A stretch of 43,943 bases of DNA from a bacterium (lineage in GTDB: Bacteria > UBP6 > UBA1177 > JAKLFG01): the NCBI GenBank assembly GCA_029573155.1, contig JAKQHE010000215.1:1-43943 (forward strand). Reading direction: 5' to 3'. The stretch's first letter is position 1, and each line of letters begins with the position of its first letter. The notes beneath the pieces are model-generated. The model was not told the DNA's origin, did no database searches, and worked only from the letters and a program-made list of their open reading frames with translations. Position numbers and translations under genes: made by a program. Of the stretch, positions 1-9,133 are shown in pieces.

Positions 1-380
1 GCGCAGGCGGTCCCCGCGACGCAGAGCACCTCGTCGGCGGTCAGCGTGAGCGTACAGCAGGTGTCGTGCTGGAAACAGGGGGTATCGTTCAGGTGCTTGC
101 TGAACCAGCGGGCCGCCGTCGCGAGTTTGAAGTCGAACGACAGTATCGGCAGCGTCTCGCTCAGGCCGCACTTGAGCGCGACATCACCGCAGTCGTACCC
201 CATCCGGGCGAGGTTCGTGAAGTAGTGTATCGCCAGTTCCTGCGGCAGGAGCGTCGCGTGGTCGAGTATCGGGATGGCATAGGTCACCGGCCCCTCGGCG
301 GGCCGCCAGTCGGGGTTCACCACCTGCGCCGACAGCGTGATGCTCACGGCGAGGACCGTCAGTAACGCAAGTCGTCTCAT
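1..380 (-). CDS. CAP/SCP-like secreted protein, N-terminal part (gene runs off the window start)
   Basis: It is absent from the ORF track because it is truncated. ATG at 378-380 (minus) is preceded by GGGGAGGAGAGA. My hand translation is MRRLALLTVLAVSITLSAQVVNPDWRPAEGPVTYAIPILDHATLLPQELAIHYFTNLARMGYDCGD...LATAARWFSKHLNDTPCFQHDTCC. This shows a signal peptide plus N-x-x-R and L..AA..hS.hL motifs reminiscent of CAP (PF00188). Confidence 0.5.
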   Translation of the reverse strand, partial: MRRLALLTVLAVSITLSAQVVNPDWRPAEGPVTYAIPILDHATLLPQELAIHYFTNLARMGYDCGDVALKCGLSETLPILSFDFKLATAARWFSKHLNDTPCFQHDTCCTLTLTADEVLCVAGTAC

Positions 381-399
381 TCTCTCCTCCCCTGCGGTA

Positions 400-2223
400 T
401 CAGAATCTTCCCTCGAGACTGACGAAGAACGACAGGATGTTGCGGGTCTTCTCGTCATCCCAGAACAGCACATTGTTCCCCGTATCGGGATCGGGCACCG
501 GCTTGGAACGGTTGGAGTCCTTGGTGAAGGAGAGTTGGAACGCGGCGGCGACCGCCGGGGTCAGTTGCGCCTTGATCGTGAAGGCGTAGAAGGCGATATT
601 GAGCGGGTTCGCCCCGTCGGGCAGGTCCTCGCGTAGCCGGGTCGTGAAGACCTTTTTGGCGTTCGCCGTCAGACGGTCCTTGACCACCGTCGTCCGGGTG
701 CTTCCCGGCGCAAGGTAGGAGGCTGGGGTCTTGATGCCGGTCGAGAAGCCGAACCAGAGCATCCGCCAGTTGTAATCGACCGCGAGCGAGCCGGACAGTT
801 CGTCGCGGATCTTCGCATGCTCCGGGAAGGTCTGGAACGGGATGAGCCCCGGCGCGTCGAACACGAGGAACGAGAGCGACCGCCACGAGAACAGGCCGAA
901 CACGCGGAGTTTCTCCCAGCGGAACGCCCCCTCGACCGCCGCCGCCATCCCCCAGAAATTCTTCGTGATCGGCTCGACCGTCACGGCGTCCTCACCGCCC
1001 GCCCACGCGAGGTGGTCGGCGTTCTGCAGCAGTTCATTGAGGAATATCAGTTCGCCGCGCGCCCGGGCCGCCAGCGGGCCGTCGTAGTCGGGCTCGCGCC
1101 ATTCGCCGTTGTTCCACGAGGTGATGCCGAGCGGGTCGCCGATCGGCTTTTTCCATTCGTACTGCGTGAACAGGTCGAGCCCGAAGGAAAGTATCTCGTC
1201 GTCCTTCGACCTCCGGAGCGCCGCCTCGTCCACCATCACATTGTCGCCCTTGTCGATGAAGGCGCCCTGTAGACTCGCGGTGACGCCGTGGTCCTTGTAG
1301 GTCACCCCGCCGAAGCCGCCGTAGGTCGTTTCGAGCGGCACCGTCTCCTCGCTCAGTTTGTCCACGAGCGGTTGGAGATGCGCCTTGAACCCGGCGTAGA
1401 CCGAGACCGGACCCCAGCCGAAGAGCAGTTGCGCGCCGGGGACGAACCCGAGGTTCTGCGGCCACGCGGCGCGGGTCCCCCAGCGAAGCCCGGGGAAGAA
1501 GCCGACCGCCATCCGGTCGGAATCGTAGGGCCACGCGGTGACCTTTATCAGGAAGTCCTTTTCGTATTGTATCTCTATGAAAGAGCCGCCCTCGTACAGG
1601 TTCGTCTTGACGAAATAGGTCGTGTCGAAGGCGTGCTCGAGATCGAACGCGATGCCGATACGGGCGGTGAGGTCCGATATCAACCCGCCGTCCTCGTGGA
1701 ACAGCGACAGGCGCGTCATTCCTTTGGCGCGGTTGCTGTAGCCGAGGAAGCGGTTCATGAAGTTGTCGTAGTCGTCCTTGGGGCCGATGTCGGTCTCGGG
1801 CGAATACTGCGAGTTGTCGCGCAGGTTATCGTCACCCACGAGGAATGAAAGGGTGTTCTTGGAGAAACTCGGCGTCATGAGCCCGGGGGAGTCGTTCACG
1901 CCGCTTTTGGGCGGGGCCTTCTTCTCCGCCTCCTTCTTTGCCTCCTCCTCTTTCTTTTTCGCCTCGGCCTGCTGCCGTTCTTCTTCCTTTTTCCGTTCCT
2001 CATCGATGGCGGCGAGCCGGTCGGCGACCTTTTTCTCGACAAGCGCCTCTATCTCCTCGCGGGTCATCGGGGAAGGAGCGGGGGGCACGACCGGCTCAAC
2101 GACGGCTTGTCCCGGCGTAGAGTTTTCGGAGCCGGAAGTGTTTTCGGCGGCGGCGGGCGCCGCCTCCTGCGCCGACAGCGTCACCGTTACCAGCAGGAAC
2201 ATCATCGACCACATCGCTCGCAT
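400..2223 (-). CDS. Secreted protein with K/E-rich coiled-coil segment and probable outer-membrane beta-barrel (C-terminal ...SLEGRF)
   Basis: This is the 3' two-thirds of ORF 400..2895. I re-called the start at ATG 2221-2223 (MRAMWSMMFLLVTVTLSAQEA, a signal peptide) with GGGGAG 5 nt upstream. The upstream 224 codons are Ser/Pro-rich nonsense that overlaps the divergent promoter. The sequence has alternating beta-strand-like character and a terminal Phe typical of OMPs. Confidence 0.6.
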   Translation of the reverse strand: MRAMWSMMFLLVTVTLSAQEAAPAAAENTSGSENSTPGQAVVEPVVPPAPSPMTREEIEALVEKKVADRLAAIDEERKKEEERQQAEAKKKEEEAKKEAEKKAPPKSGVNDSPGLMTPSFSKNTLSFLVGDDNLRDNSQYSPETDIGPKDDYDNFMNRFLGYSNRAKGMTRLSLFHEDGGLISDLTARIGIAFDLEHAFDTTYFVKTNLYEGGSFIEIQYEKDFLIKVTAWPYDSDRMAVGFFPGLRWGTRAAWPQNLGFVPGAQLLFGWGPVSVYAGFKAHLQPLVDKLSEETVPLETTYGGFGGVTYKDHGVTASLQGAFIDKGDNVMVDEAALRRSKDDEILSFGLDLFTQYEWKKPIGDPLGITSWNNGEWREPDYDGPLAARARGELIFLNELLQNADHLAWAGGEDAVTVEPITKNFWGMAAAVEGAFRWEKLRVFGLFSWRSLSFLVFDAPGLIPFQTFPEHAKIRDELSGSLAVDYNWRMLWFGFSTGIKTPASYLAPGSTRTTVVKDRLTANAKKVFTTRLREDLPDGANPLNIAFYAFTIKAQLTPAVAAAFQLSFTKDSNRSKPVPDPDTGNNVLFWDDEKTRNILSFFVSLEGRF

Positions 2224-2318
2224 ACACACTCCCCATGTCTCGTTCAGACCGGGCGCATCATATCGTCCTTCGCGGCAATAGGCAATTTTTAGCGCGGCGA
2301 CCCTCGTGAAAAAAATGG

Positions 2319-2346
2319 TTGCAAAGCATCCGCGTCCCGCTATAAT
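2319..2346 (+). promoter_or_regulatory. Sigma70-like promoter TTGCAA-16 nt-TATAAT for the Cys-rich lipoprotein gene
   Basis: TTGCAA lies at 2319-2324 and a perfect TATAAT at 2341-2346, 38 nt upstream of ATG 2384. It sits inside the spurious 5' extension of ORF 2306..4315. Confidence 0.4.
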
Positions 2347-2383
2347 CCCCCTTACCATAACAGTGGCATGGAGGAACAGCGCG

Positions 2384-4315
2384 ATGCGACGGACCGTCTT
2401 TCTGACCCTTCTTTCCTTTTTATTCTTTGCCGCCTGCACCCCGACCGACGAGGGTGAGCCGGTCGTACAGGTCGGCGAGGCCTGTTCCGGGACCGGGACG
2501 ATCTGTTCCGATGTGGCGCAGGACCAGTTGCTCCGCTGCGATAACGGCGTGCTCGTGATAGCCGAGGAATGTGGCGCGACCGGCAAGGCGTGCGAGAACG
2601 GCGCCTGTGTCGCCGACGAAGAGGTCGGCGGGGATTGTACCGGTAAGGAGGGGCGGTCGGCCTGCGCGGGGAGCAAACTCGTGGTCTGCACCGATAACAA
2701 ATGGACCGAATCGAAAGACTGCGCGACCGAGGACAAACTGTGCGTCGAAGAGGAAGGCGGCGCGGTCTGCAAGGACAAACCCGAGGAGGTGGACAACACG
2801 CCGCCGAGCGATGAGACCGTCGGCGAAGGCGACGCGATCATCCAGCCGGACGGCGAGGAAGAGACGCCCGACAGCGATGCGGAGATGCAGTGCACCCCGT
2901 TCGAAACGGCCCCGTGCTACCACGGACCGAGCAATTCCGACGGCGTCGGCATCTGCAAATCCGGCCTTGCCACCTGCGGCGCGAGCGGCTACTGGGGCCC
3001 CTGCGAGGGGGAGGTGCTCCCGACCGCCGAGACCTGCAACAACGGCATCGACGAGAACTGCGACGGCGAGGACGGCACCGAGGCCAACACTGACGATTAC
3101 GACGGTGACGGCTACACCTACTGCACCGGCGACTGTTGCGAGTTCGATTACGAATGTCCGGTGCCCGCGATGACCAACCCCGCCGCCGCCGAGATAAAGG
3201 GCAACAGCGTGGACGACAACTGTGACGGCAAGGTGGACGAGACCATCAGTTGCGATAACGGCCTGACGGTGAGCGCCGACACCGCGACGAGCGCCCTCGC
3301 GCTCGCCAAGGCGGCCGGCATGTGCGACCCGTGGATACTTTCGGCCGAACTCGGGCTCGCCGGGACGCCGGTCACCGAACAGATCGCCGACGGCCCCGAG
3401 GGTAGTTCGACCATCAGCCGCCCGTCGCTGACCAAACCTTACTATGACGGCAGTTACAAGACCTATGCGGTGCCGCCGGTCTTCGGACAGGCGCTTGTCG
3501 CGAAGGAGGGCGCCGCGCTCGCCGTCCTTTCGACCGGGCCGTGGGACAGCCCGACCATGGACGCCGCCAATGCGACGCTGCAAGGCGGCGACATGAAGAC
3601 CGCCTCGACGGTCCCCGAGGATTGGATCAACCGCCAGCCCAACTGCGAGGTCCCCAAGGCCCCCTCGTGCGGCGGCGCCGATCCCGACCCGAACATCCAG
3701 AACTCCTGCGCCGGCAAGGATCCGCTCGCCGTGCAGGACCCGATCATGCTCACGGTGAAACTCAAGGTGCCGATAAACGCGGTCGCCTTCCAGATGAACA
3801 CCTACTTCTGCTCGATAGAATACCCGACGACCGTCTGCTCCTCCGAGAACTACAACGACTTCTTCATCGCGCTCCTCGATTCGACCTACAACGAGGTGAA
3901 CCCGACCTCCAGCAACCCCAACCCGTTCGACAAGAATCTCGCCAAGGACGAAGCGGGCAATCCGGTCGGGGTCGATCTCGCCCCCGCCGGCCTGTTCAAG
4001 ATATGCAACCCGACCTGCGGCGGTGCGCTTTCCAACACGAACCCCTACGGCGTCTGCACCGGCGACCTCGAGATCGTGGGGACCGGCTTCGAGTCACAGA
4101 CCATCATGGGGATGTGCTCGGGCCACGGGTGCACCGGGTGGCTCCTGACCGCGGGTAATGTCGTGCCGGGCGAGGAGATAACGCTCCGTTTCGCGGTCTT
4201 CGAACAGGGTTCCGTTGCTTACGGACCCGATCATTCGTGGGATTCGACGATACTCCTCGATAACTTCGAGTGGCTCACCAAAGAGACCAAGCCGGGCACC
4301 GGCGCACAGGAATAG
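2384..4315 (+). CDS. Cysteine-rich lipoprotein with two MopE-type putative metal-binding motifs and a choice-of-anchor-L-like C-terminal domain
   Basis: I re-called the start at ATG 2384, with GGAGGA at 2370-2375. The N-terminus MRRTVFLTLLSFLFFAAC is a lipobox. Two ~45-aa Cys repeats follow (CSGTGTIC...C.NG...C..GK.C.NGAC). The motifs ETCNNGIDENCDGEDG and KGNSVDDNCDGKVDE resemble PF11617. LSTGP...FCSIEYPTTVCSSENYNDFFIALLD resembles the choice-of-anchor L pattern. Confidence 0.75.
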   Translation: MRRTVFLTLLSFLFFAACTPTDEGEPVVQVGEACSGTGTICSDVAQDQLLRCDNGVLVIAEECGATGKACENGACVADEEVGGDCTGKEGRSACAGSKLVVCTDNKWTESKDCATEDKLCVEEEGGAVCKDKPEEVDNTPPSDETVGEGDAIIQPDGEEETPDSDAEMQCTPFETAPCYHGPSNSDGVGICKSGLATCGASGYWGPCEGEVLPTAETCNNGIDENCDGEDGTEANTDDYDGDGYTYCTGDCCEFDYECPVPAMTNPAAAEIKGNSVDDNCDGKVDETISCDNGLTVSADTATSALALAKAAGMCDPWILSAELGLAGTPVTEQIADGPEGSSTISRPSLTKPYYDGSYKTYAVPPVFGQALVAKEGAALAVLSTGPWDSPTMDAANATLQGGDMKTASTVPEDWINRQPNCEVPKAPSCGGADPDPNIQNSCAGKDPLAVQDPIMLTVKLKVPINAVAFQMNTYFCSIEYPTTVCSSENYNDFFIALLDSTYNEVNPTSSNPNPFDKNLAKDEAGNPVGVDLAPAGLFKICNPTCGGALSNTNPYGVCTGDLEIVGTGFESQTIMGMCSGHGCTGWLLTAGNVVPGEEITLRFAVFEQGSVAYGPDHSWDSTILLDNFEWLTKETKPGTGAQE

Positions 4316-4316
4316 G

Positions 4317-5327
4317 TCAGAGCCCGCACCCCTGCTTGCCCCGTTTCTGGTAGTACTTCTGGTGATACTCCTCGGCGGGGTAGAACTCTCCGACGGGGGC
4401 GACCTGCGTCGCGATCGGACGGCGGAATTTGCCTGATGCGTTGAGTTTTTTGATGGCGGCGCTGGCCGCCAGTTCCTGCGCGGCGGTGTGGTAAAAAACG
4501 GCCGATCGGTACTGCGTCCCAATATCGGGCCCCTGCCGATCCACCTGCGTCGGGTCATGCAGGTCGAAGAAAACATCGAGCAGTTTCTCGTAACTCACCT
4601 TTGCCGGGTCGTAGGTCACCTCGATCGCCTCGGCGTGGCCCGTTCCGTCGGTGCAGACCTCCTCGTAACTCGGGTCCTTCGTCGTGCCGCCGGTGTAGCC
4701 GACGCGGGTCGATAACACCCCCGGCACCTGCGACAGTTTGAACTCGACACCCCAGAAACAGCCCGCCGCAAAGGTCGCCTTGGCCGGTCCCGCAGGAACG
4801 GCGGTCGCTTTGTCGAACTTCATCGACGCCGAGTTGATGCAGTAATGTTTGCCGTTCGGTCCGGGTCCGTCATCGAATACATGACCGAGGTGCGAACCGC
4901 AGGCGGCGCAACGGACCTCGACGCGGCTCATGCCGTAGGTGTTATCGTCGCGGTATTCGATCGCCCCTTCGGCTATCGGTGCGGTGAACGAGGGCCAACC
5001 GGTGCCGTGATCGTACTTCGTGTCGCTCCGGAACAGCGGCGCGCCGCAGGCGCCACAGCGGTAGAGGCCCGGATCGTAGACATCGTTGAGCGCGCCGGTG
5101 AAGGCCCGCTCGGTCCCCGCCTGCCGCAGGATACGGTACTGATCCGGAGAGAGTTCCTTCTTCCACTCCTCTTCGCTTTTCACCACCTTTTTGGCGCTAT
5201 CCATCTTCACCTCCTTTTTTGTTGAAATGCCTTCCGCGCCCCACGCGATCTGCACCTGCCACGCCGCCGCGAACGACAGGAGCGTCACCACGAGGAACAG
5301 CACGATGAATGAGAATGTTCGTTGCAT
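4317..5327 (-). CDS. msrAB: Exported bifunctional peptide-methionine sulfoxide reductase MsrB-MsrA fusion
   Basis: The N-terminal half has the SelR/MsrB motifs [17 protein letters not shown] and HYCINS. The C-terminal half has the MsrA motif [11 protein letters not shown] signal peptide [22 protein letters not shown] is present. I chose the start at ATG 5327 because GGAGG lies 6 nt upstream; the alternative start is 5348. Confidence 0.9.
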   Translation of the reverse strand: MQRTFSFIVLFLVVTLLSFAAAWQVQIAWGAEGISTKKEVKMDSAKKVVKSEEEWKKELSPDQYRILRQAGTERAFTGALNDVYDPGLYRCGACGAPLFRSDTKYDHGTGWPSFTAPIAEGAIEYRDDNTYGMSRVEVRCAACGSHLGHVFDDGPGPNGKHYCINSASMKFDKATAVPAGPAKATFAAGCFWGVEFKLSQVPGVLSTRVGYTGGTTKDPSYEEVCTDGTGHAEAIEVTYDPAKVSYEKLLDVFFDLHDPTQVDRQGPDIGTQYRSAVFYHTAAQELAASAAIKKLNASGKFRRPIATQVAPVGEFYPAEEYHQKYYQKRGKQGCGL

Positions 5328-5357
5328 GGTACACCTCCGTACCTTCATTATTTCTCT

Positions 5358-5385
5358 ATTATAATCAGAGCGTTGCTACCGGCAA
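5358..5385 (-). promoter_or_regulatory. Possible promoter TTGCCG-16 nt-TATAAT for msrAB
   Basis: On the minus strand, TATAAT occupies 5363-5358 and TTGCCG occupies 5385-5380. This placement favours the 5327 start. Confidence 0.3.
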
Positions 5386-5434
5386 CAGAAAAGGTGTCAA
5401 GTGTCCGGAATTGATAGGGAACGGGCGCGGGGAA

Positions 5435-7285
5435 CTACTCCCCTTCGCGCTTTGCCTTGAGTTCGGAACCTTTGGAGCGGTGCCGCTCCAAGCCGTCGAG
5501 GGTGACCTTGCGCAGACGGATGGTGAGGGGTGTCACCTCGACCAGTTCGTCGTCGCGGATGAAGTGTATCGCCTCCTCGAGCGTCATCGGCCGGACCGGG
5601 GTGAGGAGGATGTTGTCGTCCTTGCCCGCCGCCCGCATATTGGAAAGTTTCTTTTCCTTGCACACATTCACATCGATGTCGCGGTCCTTGTTGTGTTCGC
5701 CGACCACCATACCCTCGTAGACCTTGTCGCCCGGCACGACGAAGAGCCGTCCGCGCGGTTCGAGGTTGAATATGGCGTAGGCGACCGCCTCACCCTGCCG
5801 GTCGCAGACGATCGAGCCGGTGAAGCGGGTCGGGAAATCGCCGCGGTAGTCGTCATAGCCCTCGAAGAGCGAGTTGAGGATGCCGGTCCCCTTCGTGTCT
5901 GTCAGGAACTCGTCGCGGAACCCGATGAGTGCGCGTGACGGCGCCGAGAACTCCATCCGGACCCGGCCCCGGCCGTTGTTGACGAGGTTCACCATCCGGC
6001 CGCGCCGTATCGAGAGTTTCTCGGTCACGACCCCCATGAACTCCTCGCCGCAGTCGATGTAGACATGCTCGATCGGTTCCTGCTTTCTGCCCTCCTTGTA
6101 TTTGTAGATGACCTCGGGGCGGCCGACGGTCAGTTCGAACCCCTCGCGGCGCATCTGCTCGATGAGGATGGACATCTGGAATTCGCCGCGTCCCTTCACG
6201 ATGAAACTGTCGCGGCTCTCCCCTTCTTCGACCTGTATCGAAACATTGCGGAGTGTTTCCTTGGTCAGCCGTTCGCGTATCTTCGACGACTGGACGATCT
6301 TTCCCTCCTTCCCGGCAAAAGGCGACGAATTGATCGCGAAGCGCATCGACACTGTCGGCTCGTCGACATGGATGCGCGGTAGCGCCTTGGGGCTCTCACG
6401 GTTGCAGATGGTGTCGCCGATCATCACCTCGTCGGCGCCGGCGAGCACGATGATGTCGCCCGGGTCGGCCGCATCGACCGGACAGACCTTGATGCCGTCG
6501 TAGGTCTGGAGGCGGGTCACCTTGAGCGGCGGCTGGGTGCCATCCTCGGCGATGCGGACCAGTTGATCGTTCGACCTCACCGATCCGTTGATCACCTTGC
6601 CGATGGCGAGTCGACCGAGGTAATCGGAGTAGCCGAGGTCCGAAACGAGCATCTGGAACGGCTCGGCGGTGTCGTGGGCGGGGGCCGGTATCTCCTTCAG
6701 TATCAGGTCGAACAGCACCTGCAGGTTCTCCCCTTTCTCCTCGAGCGTCTTCTGCGCGGTGCCGTCGCGACCGATGGCGTAGAGGAGAGGGAATTCGAGT
6801 TGGTCGTCGCTCGCTTCAAGGTCGATGAAGAGGTCGAGTATCTCGTCCAAGACCTCCTGCGGTCGGGCATCCTTGCGGTCGATCTTGTTGATGACCACGA
6901 TGACCCGCAGTCCCGCTTCGAGCGCCTTTTTGAGGACGAACCGCGTCTGCGGCAGCGGCCCTTCCGACGCGTCGACGAGGAGTAGCGCGCCGTCGGCCAT
7001 CGAGATAGCTCGTTCGACCTCGCCGCCAAAATCGGCGTGGCCGGGGGTGTCGATGATGTTTATCTTGACGCCGTTCCAGTGGACGGCGCAGTTCTTCGCC
7101 GCTATCGTGATGCCGCGTTCCCGCTCGAGATCCATGCTGTCCATGACCCGCTCGGCCACTTCCTGACCTTCGCGGAAGACGCCGCTCTGGCGGAACATGG
7201 CGTCGACGAGCGTCGTTTTGCCGTGGTCGACATGGGCGATGATGGCGATATTGCGTATCTGTTCGTTACGGGCGGGCACGGTCAT
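5435..7285 (-). CDS. typA: Translational GTPase TypA/BipA
   Basis: 616 aa. It carries [19 protein letters not shown] (G1), [12 protein letters not shown] and NKIDR, with EF-G-like domains throughout. An SD (AAGGAG) lies upstream. Confidence 0.95.
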   Translation of the reverse strand: MTVPARNEQIRNIAIIAHVDHGKTTLVDAMFRQSGVFREGQEVAERVMDSMDLERERGITIAAKNCAVHWNGVKINIIDTPGHADFGGEVERAISMADGALLLVDASEGPLPQTRFVLKKALEAGLRVIVVINKIDRKDARPQEVLDEILDLFIDLEASDDQLEFPLLYAIGRDGTAQKTLEEKGENLQVLFDLILKEIPAPAHDTAEPFQMLVSDLGYSDYLGRLAIGKVINGSVRSNDQLVRIAEDGTQPPLKVTRLQTYDGIKVCPVDAADPGDIIVLAGADEVMIGDTICNRESPKALPRIHVDEPTVSMRFAINSSPFAGKEGKIVQSSKIRERLTKETLRNVSIQVEEGESRDSFIVKGRGEFQMSILIEQMRREGFELTVGRPEVIYKYKEGRKQEPIEHVYIDCGEEFMGVVTEKLSIRRGRMVNLVNNGRGRVRMEFSAPSRALIGFRDEFLTDTKGTGILNSLFEGYDDYRGDFPTRFTGSIVCDRQGEAVAYAIFNLEPRGRLFVVPGDKVYEGMVVGEHNKDRDIDVNVCKEKKLSNMRAAGKDDNILLTPVRPMTLEEAIHFIRDDELVEVTPLTIRLRKVTLDGLERHRSKGSELKAKREGE

Positions 7286-7395
7286 AAAAACTCCTTATCG
7301 AACGATCGGCCCGCTTTATAGTCAGAGATTCGCGATTTGCAATAGAAAAAGTTACTTCGGGTACTGCACGAAGCCGAGTTCGAGGCCGTGCGGTG

Positions 7396-7812
7396 TTATT
7401 TCTTGTACAGCGCGTCGAGTTGGGCGCGGAGCGCATCGAGCATCTCCTTGTTCGTTCCTTTGAGCGGGAGCGACAGTTTCTGCGTCGAACCGTTCGGCAG
7501 GATGACGAACAGCGACGGGAACCCCTTTGTCCCCAGATCCTTCGCTATCCTCTTCTCGGCGTCGCCGTTGTCGGGCGTTATCTTCACCGCCAGTTTGTCG
7601 CGGAAGAGGGCGTCGATGGCGTTGTCGTCGAGGAACGCGTCGAGTTTCCGGCACCACGGGCACCAGTCGGCGCGGACCAGCACGATGTAGGGCGTTCCCG
7701 CCGTCTTGGCTCGCGCCTTAATGGAGTCATAACTGCTGGCGCCGCTCTCCCACCCGGCGAAGGCGGTCGCGGTCAGCAACAGCACGCAGGCGGCGATGAA
7801 TGAACTTCTCAT
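7396..7812 (-). CDS. Secreted thioredoxin-fold protein (WCPWC active site)
   Basis: It has a signal peptide MRSSFIAACVLLLTATAFA and the CxxC motif DWCPWCRKL. AAGGAGG lies 5 nt upstream of ATG 7812. Confidence 0.8.
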   Translation of the reverse strand: MRSSFIAACVLLLTATAFAGWESGASSYDSIKARAKTAGTPYIVLVRADWCPWCRKLDAFLDDNAIDALFRDKLAVKITPDNGDAEKRIAKDLGTKGFPSLFVILPNGSTQKLSLPLKGTNKEMLDALRAQLDALYKK

Positions 7813-7825
7813 GATATCCTCCTTA

Positions 7826-9133
7826 TCATATCTGAACTATAGAGCAGGAGCAACCGGAACTTTCTTCGAGCAGAGACTCGTCATCGGGGTTCTCTCCGGC
7901 GGTGTCGTTCTGTTCATCCGGCAGGAGCATATCGGTATCGGCCGAGACCTCATTGTCGGTGACACTCGCTTCATCGGTATCGTCGCCGCCGTTCTGGTCC
8001 GGCATTTCGGTATCGGGCATCTCTTCGTCGCTGACGGCGACATCCTCGTCGGCCTGCACCACATCATAGACGCTGGTGTCCTCGTCGGGAAGCGGCTCGT
8101 CGTCGGTCGGTGTCCCGGACGGTACGAAATCGACACTCAAGGTGTATTCGCCCGGGAGATCGGTGGTACCGGTATAGGTGTCGACGACGATATAGTAGGT
8201 ACCGGCATCGAGCGTCCGCGTGACGCTGTGATCGTCCCGTACGAGGGCGTCCACCGCCATGCCGTTCCCGTCGATGGTGAGCGAAGAGAGCAGATGGACG
8301 TCGCAATCGATGCTCTCGGCCTGGTTGTCGGTCACCGTCGCGGTCAGGTCGCCCGCGCTCTGCAGGTCGATCCGGTAGACGACCTCGGGACCGAATTCCT
8401 TCGTGCCGGGGAGGGCCGAATAGGTGTCTATCTCAAGGGAGACCACATTCCGGGTGTTCCCCTCATCGTAATAGGGTGTCGAGGAGATCACGCGGGGGTT
8501 CTGGATGGTCCCGTCGACGTTGATGTCGTCCGCGATATCGTCGTAGCGCCGTCTTTCATAACTGCTGGAGGGCCAACTGGACATCCTGCGGAACACCGTC
8601 TTCTCGGTCCCGGTCCCCGCGCTCTCCATGATGTAGGGCAGACCGGTTGATTTGTCGGTGTAGATATACATGATGACATGACTGCCGGCGTTGTTGAAGA
8701 CATCGCCTTTCTTCATGGCGCTCTGGTCGATGACGGTCGAGATATCGGGAATGGTGCTGGTCGTATGATGACCGCATCCCCACAGCATCGAGACATAGCC
8801 GGAGCAGTCGACGCCGACGGTGCAGTCGAGGACACCGTATGTCGAACAGGAACTGCCGCTGCAGGAGCCGGCGCGGTAGCCCGCGGCGAGGCTTGACAGA
8901 TAGGTCGCCACGCTCATCGAGCCGCCCCAGTCGTAGGCGACGCCGGTGTAGTCGTTCCCGCTGCCGTACACATTCGGGATGCCCGACAGGCAGGAGGTCC
9001 CGGTCACATTCTCCGCCGAACAGGTCCACTTCGCGCGGACATAACTGTCGCCGGTAAGGACCGCTTCGCTTCTCGTGCCAGCGAAAAGAGCGCTGTTCGC
9101 AAAAACAAGCAGGGCGATCAGGGCGTATCTCAT
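7826..9133 (-). CDS. Secreted NlpC/P60 (C40)-like domain + pre-peptidase C-terminal (PPC) domain protein with ~85-aa acidic tail and Cys-rich C-terminus
   Basis: A signal peptide is present. YDWGGS...GVDCSGYVSMLWG (Cys codon 8804-8806) ...KKGDVFNNAGSHVIMYIY matches the NlpC/P60 Cys/His pattern. DCDVHLL...AGTYYIVVDTYTG...GEYTLSVDF matches the PPC pattern. The protein ends in a D/E/T-rich tail and ...SSGCSCSIVQI. Confidence 0.65.
   Translation of the reverse strand: MRYALIALLVFANSALFAGTRSEAVLTGDSYVRAKWTCSAENVTGTSCLSGIPNVYGSGNDYTGVAYDWGGSMSVATYLSSLAAGYRAGSCSGSSCSTYGVLDCTVGVDCSGYVSMLWGCGHHTTSTIPDISTVIDQSAMKKGDVFNNAGSHVIMYIYTDKSTGLPYIMESAGTGTEKTVFRRMSSWPSSSYERRRYDDIADDINVDGTIQNPRVISSTPYYDEGNTRNVVSLEIDTYSALPGTKEFGPEVVYRIDLQSAGDLTATVTDNQAESIDCDVHLLSSLTIDGNGMAVDALVRDDHSVTRTLDAGTYYIVVDTYTGTTDLPGEYTLSVDFVPSGTPTDDEPLPDEDTSVYDVVQADEDVAVSDEEMPDTEMPDQNGGDDTDEASVTDNEVSADTDMLLPDEQNDTAGENPDDESLLEESSGCSCSIVQI

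Noticed and set aside
66-636. 99-aa plus-strand ORFs at 66-365 and 337-636
   Set aside because: They are antisense to the CAP-like gene and to the end of the beta-barrel gene. Both are Arg/Glu/Val-rich with no SD.
2224-2895. 5' extensions of track ORFs, including 400..2895, 2306..4315, 9909..11045, 13716..15155, 23077..23958, 23813..24847, 34296..35741, 36321..37079 and 38446..40731
   Set aside because: In each case the extension is compositionally odd (Ser/Pro/Arg-rich), overlaps a neighbouring real gene or promoter, and lacks an SD. An internal start has an SD and begins the conserved domain or signal peptide.
2420-3583. 387-aa minus-strand ORF, and the 200-aa (2571-3173) and 205-aa (3541-4158) plus-strand alternate-frame ORFs, inside the Cys-rich lipoprotein gene
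   Set aside because: All are Arg/Ala/Gly/Pro-rich alternate-frame products of a ~68% GC gene. The lipoprotein frame has a signal peptide, repeats and conserved motifs.
7286-7395. Possible hairpin (GCACGGCC...GGCTTCGTGC on the minus strand) after the thioredoxin-like gene as an intrinsic terminator
   Set aside because: The stem is imperfect and bulged, and the T-run lies about 15 nt away rather than adjacent. This is not convincing.
7796-8650. 284-aa plus-strand ORF antisense to the NlpC/P60-PPC gene, and the 216-aa ORF at 8556-9206
   Set aside because: Neither has an SD and both give low-complexity translations. They are contradicted by the motif-bearing minus-strand frame with operon-style junctions.
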